A stretch of DNA of 64,000 nt from Pelagomonas calceolata (lineage: Eukaryota), in contig CAKKNE010000006.1 in the NCBI GenBank assembly GCA_918797485.1, forward strand, positions 1,612,001 to 1,676,000. Reading direction: 5' to 3'. The notes beneath the pieces were generated by a model. That model worked only from the letters and a program-made list of their open reading frames with translations, searched no databases and had not been told where the DNA came from. The position numbers and the translations under genes were made by a program. The first letter of the stretch is position 1. Each line of letters starts with the position of its first letter. Of the stretch, positions 57,909 to 64,000 are shown piece by piece.

Positions 57909-59537
57909 CTAGCCGAGGCGGCTCAGCGACGAGAACGCGGACGAGAGCGCGCCCGCGATGCCGTCCTCCTCCTCGGGCGCGCCGTCGCCGAAGAACGCGT
58001 CGGAGCCGATGCCGCCGTGGTAGAGGGCGCGGTCGCGCGCCGACGGCGCCGACGGCGCCGCCGCCGCGCCCGGCTCGTCGAAGAAGGAGTCGCTCCCGAA
58101 GCCCTTCTTGGACCCGAAGCGGTCGCGGGCCGCCGTCGAGGCGGCGGGCGCGGGCGCGGGCGCGGCCGCGCGGGCCGGGGCCTTCTTCTTCGGGGGCGCC
58201 GGCGCCGGCGCCGCCGGCGCCGGCGCCGCGGAGGCCTCCGCGTAGGCCGCGGCCAGGCGCGACGAGCCCGAGCGCGCGTCGAAGAAGCCGTCGGCGTCGT
58301 CGAAGCCCTCGGCCGCGGCCTCCTCGGCGCGCCGCGCGGCCTCGGCCCGGCCCCCCTTCTTGGGCGCGTCCGAGTACCAGTCGTCGTCGTCGTCGTCGTC
58401 GTCCGCGGCGGGCGGCGGCGGCGGCGGCGGCGCCCGCTTCGGCGGCGGCGCCTGCTGCCAGAGCGACCCGCCGCTGTAGAGGCCGCCCGAGGTGTCGAGC
58501 GGCGACCCGGGCTTGGGCGCGGCCGGGGCCTTCCCGCCCGCGAGCCTGGGCGACGCCTGCCGCGGCGACGGCGAGGAAAAGTCGACGGCGCCCGTGAGCT
58601 TGCGCGCGCCGATGCCGCGGCGCGACGCGCCGGCGCGCCGCGCGCCGAGCGCCGGCGCGCGCCGCTGCGTCGGCGCGCGCAGCACCGGCGCCGGGGCCGG
58701 GGCCGGGGCCGGCTCCTCGCCCAGCTCCGAGAACGTCGTCGCCGAGGGCGGCGCGGCGGCGGGCTTCGCGGCCGGCGGCGTCGGCGGCGCGGCGGCGCGC
58801 GGCGGCGGCGCGCGCGGCGGCGGCGGCGGCATCGCCGGCGCCGGCTTCGGCGCCGGCGCCCGCAGGCCCGCGGCCGAGAGGCCCGCGGCCGAGAGGCCCG
58901 CGGCCGAGAGGCCCGCGGCCGAGAGCTTGCCGGAGGCGGCCCGGGCCTGCTTCATCTGCGCCGCCGAGCGCACGCGGAACTGCGCCGCGTCGGGCTCGGC
59001 GCGCGGCACGGGCATCTTGACCGACGCCGCGGGCGTCGCGAGGGCCGGCGACGACTGCGTGCGCGGCGGCATCTCCATGGGCTCAAAGTCCTCGAAGAAG
59101 GACTTCTTGGGCAGCTCCGGCGTCGCGAGCGGCGACGGCGCCGCGCCGCCCTGCAGGGCCTGCTGGACCTCCTTGGCGAGGCGGTCGCGGTACTGCCTCG
59201 CCGTGGAGGACGCGTACTTCGTGTCCTGGCGGATGTGCAGGTCCCGCACGCCGTGCGCGCGGAAGAAGTCGCGCGCGCGGCCGTTGCCGCCCCGCTTCAT
59301 GGCCTCGAGCTGGCCGCGCGTCCACGTGTCCATGTCGACGCTCCGCACGAACGTGAGGTGCGTGCCCAGGCGGCGCTGGCCGCCCGCGCAGTCGAGGCAG
59401 ATGAAGACGCCGAACGTCGACGACGCCCAGATGGGCTTGCGCTGCGGGCAGTCGAAGCACGTCCGGTTGTCGGCCTTGGCCAGCAGCTTCCGGAAGACGC
59501 GGTCGCGCTCCTCCTTGGGCACGGGCTCGTCGGCCAT
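57909..59537 (-). CDS. ArfGAP2/3 (Glo3-like) ARF GTPase-activating protein
   Basis: CFDC-x16-CLDC zinc finger, RLGTHLTFVRS..MDTW, GGN; C-terminal Glo3-like motifs GFGSDSFF and GIGSDAFFG. Confidence 0.9.
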   Translation of the reverse strand: MADEPVPKEERDRVFRKLLAKADNRTCFDCPQRKPIWASSTFGVFICLDCAGGQRRLGTHLTFVRSVDMDTWTRGQLEAMKRGGNGRARDFFRAHGVRDLHIRQDTKYASSTARQYRDRLAKEVQQALQGGAAPSPLATPELPKKSFFEDFEPMEMPPRTQSSPALATPAASVKMPVPRAEPDAAQFRVRSAAQMKQARAASGKLSAAGLSAAGLSAAGLSAAGLRAPAPKPAPAMPPPPPRAPPPRAAAPPTPPAAKPAAAPPSATTFSELGEEPAPAPAPAPVLRAPTQRRAPALGARRAGASRRGIGARKLTGAVDFSSPSPRQASPRLAGGKAPAAPKPGSPLDTSGGLYSGGSLWQQAPPPKRAPPPPPPPAADDDDDDDDWYSDAPKKGGRAEAARRAEEAAAEGFDDADGFFDARSGSSRLAAAYAEASAAPAPAAPAPAPPKKKAPARAAAPAPAPAASTAARDRFGSKKGFGSDSFFDEPGAAAAPSAPSARDRALYHGGIGSDAFFGDGAPEEEDGIAGALSSAFSSLSRLG

Positions 59538-59742
59538 GCCGGCGAAGGAATGCCGGCCGATGCCGCGCCTGAGGGTCTGGCTTTTGCTGAATTTTTTAGG
59601 CCATGTACCGCAGTACCGTAGGTATGTAGCTGGGTGTAAACAAGAGGTACTATACTTATGTAGGGTAAGGTACCTTGGTATCGAGGGAAGGCACAACCAG
59701 CACGCGTAGATCCGTGCAGAATCGGCGCTATCGCATTACGCG

Positions 59743-60792
59743 CTACGGCGGCGCCCCCGCCCGGAGCCGCGCCACGACCTCGCCCCCCGACGCGCAGCGC
59801 ACGATGGGCAGCGCGGCGCCGCAGTCGAAGAGCACGCCGGCGCGCCGGCCGCGCCGCGCCGCGCGCCGGCGCACGCGCGCCGGCGCCGCGCCGCCGCCGA
59901 AGAGCGCGAGGAGCTGCGCGTTGTCCGTCCGGGGGTCCGGCGCCAGGAAGCAGTCGCCGCCCCGCCGCGCGGTCGCGTCGCCCAGGTTCCGCGCGAGGCG
60001 CTCGCAGCCCGCCTCCGTGTCGAGGGACGTCTCCCGCACCAGGTTCGCGGCGACGCCGCGCCGCGCGACGCGCGCCACGTCTTCCGCGAAGGCCGGCGCC
60101 GACAGCGCCGCTGGGAGCCGCGACTCCGCGTCGAAGACGTCGATGACGACCACGTCGTAGGCGCCGTCGTCGCAGGTGCGCAGGAAGTCCACCGCGTCCG
60201 CGAGAATCACGTCCACGTTCGCGGGCAGCGGTGCGCACCGCGCCGCCGCCGCGACGACCGCGGGGTCGACCTCCACGGCCGTGACGGCGTGGGGGCCGTG
60301 GGCGGCGAGGAAGGCCGCGACGCAGCCGAAGCCGAGGCCCAGCACGAGCGCGCTCCGCGACGTCGTGCAGGCGAACGCCGCGGCCCCGAGCCCCCGCGTG
60401 TAGCCGGCGAGGCAGCCGCCGTGGATCTTGGCGTCGACGAGCAGCGCCGCCGACTGGACGACCGTGCCGGACGTGCAGAGGAGGCGCCACGCGCCGCCCG
60501 TGGCGTTCGCCTCGCGGACGACGACGCCGTCCGCGTCGTAGATCGCCTCGACGCCCTCGAGGTCCGCGTCGAGCCAGTCCAGCGCCTCGGGGCGCCCGGG
60601 GTCCGGCGCCCGCGGCCGCCGGCTCAAAAACCGCCGCCGGGCGCCCTCCCAGCTCGTGGCGCCCTGGCGGTCGAACGGCAGGAGCGCCGCGCCCGTGCGC
60701 GGGTCGCAGGGCGGCGGCGTCGCCGTGAAGCTGCTCCGCAGGGCGTCCGCGGCCGCCACCGCCGCGACGAGGCAGGCGCAGCGACGGCGCAT
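59743..60792 (-). CDS. Spermidine-synthase-like SAM-dependent methyltransferase
   Basis: VVQSA, LVLGLGFG, VTAVEVDPAV, ADAVDFL, YDVVVIDVF. Confidence 0.75.
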   Translation of the reverse strand: MRRRCACLVAAVAAADALRSSFTATPPPCDPRTGAALLPFDRQGATSWEGARRRFLSRRPRAPDPGRPEALDWLDADLEGVEAIYDADGVVVREANATGGAWRLLCTSGTVVQSAALLVDAKIHGGCLAGYTRGLGAAAFACTTSRSALVLGLGFGCVAAFLAAHGPHAVTAVEVDPAVVAAAARCAPLPANVDVILADAVDFLRTCDDGAYDVVVIDVFDAESRLPAALSAPAFAEDVARVARRGVAANLVRETSLDTEAGCERLARNLGDATARRGGDCFLAPDPRTDNAQLLALFGGGAAPARVRRRAARRGRRAGVLFDCGAALPIVRCASGGEVVARLRAGAPP

Positions 60793-61316
60793 TTGCGCGC
60801 GCTCTACGAGTTCAGGGCTACCGATGGAAAGACGGCGTGCAGTGTATTTCGATTTAGGCAGATTGGTGCTGCTCAGGTGCGCTGCTCCGGCTGCAATCGG
60901 ATGCAATGTTGCGCGCTCCGCGGTTGCAATAGGATGCAATGTTGCGCGCTCCGGCAAGTGCAGTGAGAGTCAGTGAGGCTCCTGGCCATCCGCAGACCCG
61001 ACGCTATGCCCGGCATCCATCATCCATCGCTCCGCTTGCAAGACAACACTTCGGAGGAGGGAAGGAAGGCAGTCGTAGGCAGGACTCCCGCAAAACTTCG
61101 GGTTCAGCAAGTTGATCACAGCTTTTTGTGATCCAGCCCTATCTCGGTCGTGGTTGCAAAACTATTGCCACGCGACAGCGGCGTTGTGGGAACTGCAAGC
61201 AGGCATCCTCCGCAGCTTCTAAACGTCACGAGAGCCGTCGCAGAGAGCTCTGCCACGTGGTGAGGGCCCATTCGCGCGGGGCAAATCTACTCGCGCGCCG
61301 TCGGCAAAGAAGCGCC

Positions 61317-62537
61317 ATGCTGCGCTGGACGCTCCTCGCGGGCGCCGCGTCGGCCCTCGTCGCGCCCGTCGTCCCGCGGCCGCGCTCGGCGCGGGCCGCC
61401 GCCGCCGTCGCCGAGAAGGAGGACGTCGAGCTGGCGGACTGCCCGGTGACGCAGTGGGGCGCGAGCATCCCGGACATCCTGGCGGCGCAGCAGGCGAAGC
61501 GCGCGGCGCCCGAGCAGCCGTTCCTGCACGTGCTCGAGCCGCCGTCGGCGGACCCCGACGCCCAGCTGCGGTGGCTAGCCGACCACCGGGACGAGGTGAA
61601 CGCGAAGCTCGCGAGCCACGGCGCCGTCAACCTGCGGGGCTGGGACCTCGTCCGGACGCCGGAGGGCTTCCGCGCGGCCTACGAGGCGCTGGGCCTCGAG
61701 CCGTGCCGCGACCCGCTCGACGCGGTGAGCGCGCGGCCCATGGTCGACAAGGGCAGCGCGGTGTACGAGGCCGTGAACAAGGAGTCGCGGGCGAACTTCT
61801 ACATCGGGATGCACAACGAGTTCGTGGGCACGCGCGCGCCGCGCGCGGCCATGTTCGTCTGCTTCCAGCAGGCCGAGGAGGGCGGCGAGTTCATGGTCTG
61901 CGACGGGCGGCGCGTCTTCCGGGACTGCGACGAGGAGCTGCTGGCGCGGCTCTACGGGCGGCGGATCCGGTACAGCGTCATGGAGCTGCCCTTCTTCTCG
62001 TTCCTGGACGGCCTGCCGGAGGAGGTCGCGGCCGGCCCCGTCAAGATCCCGCTCCGGGCGGGCGCGGCGTCGGCGGTGCGCGGCGTCGTCGCGGCGGCGA
62101 TCAACGCCAAGGTCGACTTCGACGTCGACATGCAGTGGCTCGACGACGAGGCCTCGGCGTACGGCGACGACAAGACGCTGCAGGCGCGCGCGCCGGTGCA
62201 GCCGCCCGTCGTGCTCCACCCGGCGACGGGCGAGCCGACCTGGTTCTGCAACGTCCACTCGCACTCGTCCGTGCTGCGCAAGAAGCGCGAGTCGATCTAC
62301 GGCGCCGAGAAGTTCGAGGACGGCGCGTCGCGCATCAACAAGAGCGACATGTACTACGGCGACGACGGGTCCATCGCCGAGGGCGACCTCGACCACCTCG
62401 ACGAGCTGACGCGGAAGCACACGGTCTCGCTGCGCATGGCGCCGGGCGACGCGGTCCTCGTGGACAACTACCAGACGATGCACGGCCGCAACGTCTTCAA
62501 GGGCACGCGCAAGCATGCCGTGTCGTGGTTCAAGTAG
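61317..62537 (+). CDS. TauD/TfdA-family Fe(II)/2-oxoglutarate dioxygenase, probably plastid-targeted
   Basis: Bipartite-like peptide ...AASA-LVAP; HGAVNLRG, MHNE, HPATGEPTWF, GDAVLVDNYQTMHGR. Confidence 0.85.
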   Translation: MLRWTLLAGAASALVAPVVPRPRSARAAAAVAEKEDVELADCPVTQWGASIPDILAAQQAKRAAPEQPFLHVLEPPSADPDAQLRWLADHRDEVNAKLASHGAVNLRGWDLVRTPEGFRAAYEALGLEPCRDPLDAVSARPMVDKGSAVYEAVNKESRANFYIGMHNEFVGTRAPRAAMFVCFQQAEEGGEFMVCDGRRVFRDCDEELLARLYGRRIRYSVMELPFFSFLDGLPEEVAAGPVKIPLRAGAASAVRGVVAAAINAKVDFDVDMQWLDDEASAYGDDKTLQARAPVQPPVVLHPATGEPTWFCNVHSHSSVLRKKRESIYGAEKFEDGASRINKSDMYYGDDGSIAEGDLDHLDELTRKHTVSLRMAPGDAVLVDNYQTMHGRNVFKGTRKHAVSWFK

Positions 62538-62922
62538 GGGGCCGGTCGCCAGTGTAGAGAAGAGGCGCGTAAGAAGCTCCTGCCTCGACCCGGGAATGAC
62601 CTGTCGCGGCGCGAGACGGGCGCGGGCCGCGTCTCGGACGCGGTCGTACCGCGCTAGTGTGTCGACACGGCCCCGGTGCGGCCTCCAGGGCTCCCCCGCG
62701 CTTAGGGTAGAGAGAGAGAGAGCCACTTATTGAACCCACCCCCAGGTAGTGTGGGCTAGCGTCCTGTAAGACACTAGCAAGCAGAGCCCCCAGGCAACAA
62801 CGCCGGCAGGCCCGACCGACGCTGCGCCCTGGGCAGGGCGCTGCCTCACCAGACGCCTCGCGGAGGCAGCCCCCGCCGCCGCGATGGAGCGCCCGCGCGC
62901 GTGAGGCGCGAGCGGTCCGAGG

Positions 62923-64000
62923 ATGGACGGGGCCGAGCTCGGGGAGGGCATGGAGATCGACCGCGTCGTCCTGCCGCTCGCGTCGAGCGAGGCGGCGGCC
63001 GCGGCGACGGCGGCGACCGGGCGCGCGCGCTTCGCGTACCTGGCGCAGACCGGCGCGAAGGCGCCGCCGGGCGAGGCGGCGCGCCCCGACTACGGCGCGA
63101 ACCTGGGCCGGGACGCGCTGCAGATGGTCTACGCGAAGGACGTGGGCTACGCGCGCGAGGACGCGCCGGCCCCGGCGAGCGAGGCGAGCGACCTGGACAG
63201 CGACGACGACGACGCCGCCGCCGCCGCGGAGACGCCGCGCGGCGACGCGGCCCCGCCGGGCGGGGCGGCCGGCGACGACCAGCTCAAGATGGACGCCGAC
63301 TGGAACACGGACGGGTGGTCGGCGCGCGAGATCGAGAGCGCGCTGAACGCGCTGATGCGCGAGGTGCGGCTCGCGGCGCCGACGGACGAGGGCCAGAAGC
63401 GGCGCGCCAAGGCCCAGAAGATGTTCCTCCGGCTCCTCAAGCGGCACCGCGAGGCGGTGCAGTACGTGGAGCGCGTCCTCGAGGGGCTCTGCCACCGGGG
63501 CCTGCCCGCGGCGGTCGTGCACATGGACGACGCGGAGGCGCTGAACCTGGCGCCGCTGCTGGCCGCGCTCGCGCCGGCGAAGGACTTCGCGCGGCGGCTC
63601 CTGGACGTGCACGCCGTGCGGCGCGCGTGCCGGTGCGTCGCGCGGCGCGCGAACCTGGCCGCGGCGATCATCCAGTGCCGCGTCCAGATGAAGTACCTCT
63701 GCGACCCAGAGGCGCCGCGCTACGCGGCGAAGATTCCGGACGACGCCCGCGAGGACGAGGCCGAGCACATCCGGAAGGAGACGCGGGAGTACTGCCGGCG
63801 GAAGTGGGTCGCCAAGTGCTGGGAGCAGGACGCGCTCGTGCGGCGGTGGCGCGCGGCGGAGGCGACGCGGGGGCGGCACGACGCCCGGAGCACGCTCGTC
63901 CGGCGCGCCACGCTCGCGCACCTGGGCCTGCTCGAGGCGCTGTGCGCGTCGCCGGCGCCGGGCGTCGCCGAGACGGCGCGGCGGCGGACCTGCGGGCGGC
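62923..64000 (+). CDS. Uncharacterised protein with an IQ-like motif, truncated by the window end
   Basis: Open frame from ATG 62923 to the end with typical GC3 bias; AAIIQCRV. Confidence 0.6.
   Translation, partial: MDGAELGEGMEIDRVVLPLASSEAAAAATAATGRARFAYLAQTGAKAPPGEAARPDYGANLGRDALQMVYAKDVGYAREDAPAPASEASDLDSDDDDAAAAAETPRGDAAPPGGAAGDDQLKMDADWNTDGWSAREIESALNALMREVRLAAPTDEGQKRRAKAQKMFLRLLKRHREAVQYVERVLEGLCHRGLPAAVVHMDDAEALNLAPLLAALAPAKDFARRLLDVHAVRRACRCVARRANLAAAIIQCRVQMKYLCDPEAPRYAAKIPDDAREDEAEHIRKETREYCRRKWVAKCWEQDALVRRWRAAEATRGRHDARSTLVRRATLAHLGLLEALCASPAPGVAETARRRTCGR

Noticed and set aside
58866..58925. 15-bp coding repeat (LSAAG x4) in ArfGAP
   Set aside because: Ordinary slippage in a disordered region
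60884..60955. Two ~33-bp tandem copies (tgcaat.ggatgcaatgttgcgcgctcc) between divergent genes
   Set aside because: Only two copies and no evidence of function; could be a simple local duplication

Overview
Gene-dense, very GC-rich eukaryotic DNA, most likely from a pelagophyte alga such as Aureococcus or Pelagomonas. That assignment is inferred from introner-type introns (CTGTGTGGAAATC terminal repeats, 8-bp target duplications), stramenopile-style targeting peptides and codon bias. There are about 28 protein genes, including housekeeping ones (divergent H3/H4 pair, delta-9 desaturase, ThiD, ERGIC/Erv46, Vti1 SNARE, ArfGAP, ABCB, TauD, CREG). The most striking gene is a ~1830-aa multi-pass membrane protein. 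It couples a RelA/SpoT-like (alarmone synthetase-type) nucleotidyltransferase to an LRR, Cys-rich, C-type lectin and LamG ectodomain, and it has a damaged inverted paralogue with a different C-terminus. An unrecognised ~60-aa 'GCCHC' Cys-rich module recurs in at least four surface-protein genes. Also present: introner elements at different stages of decay, a MITE-like element with perfect 42-bp TIRs and no target duplication, a palindromic histone promoter, histone 3' stem-loops, and a recurrent upstream GTACCGTAGGTACC motif. All domain calls come from motif recognition by eye; no searches were run.
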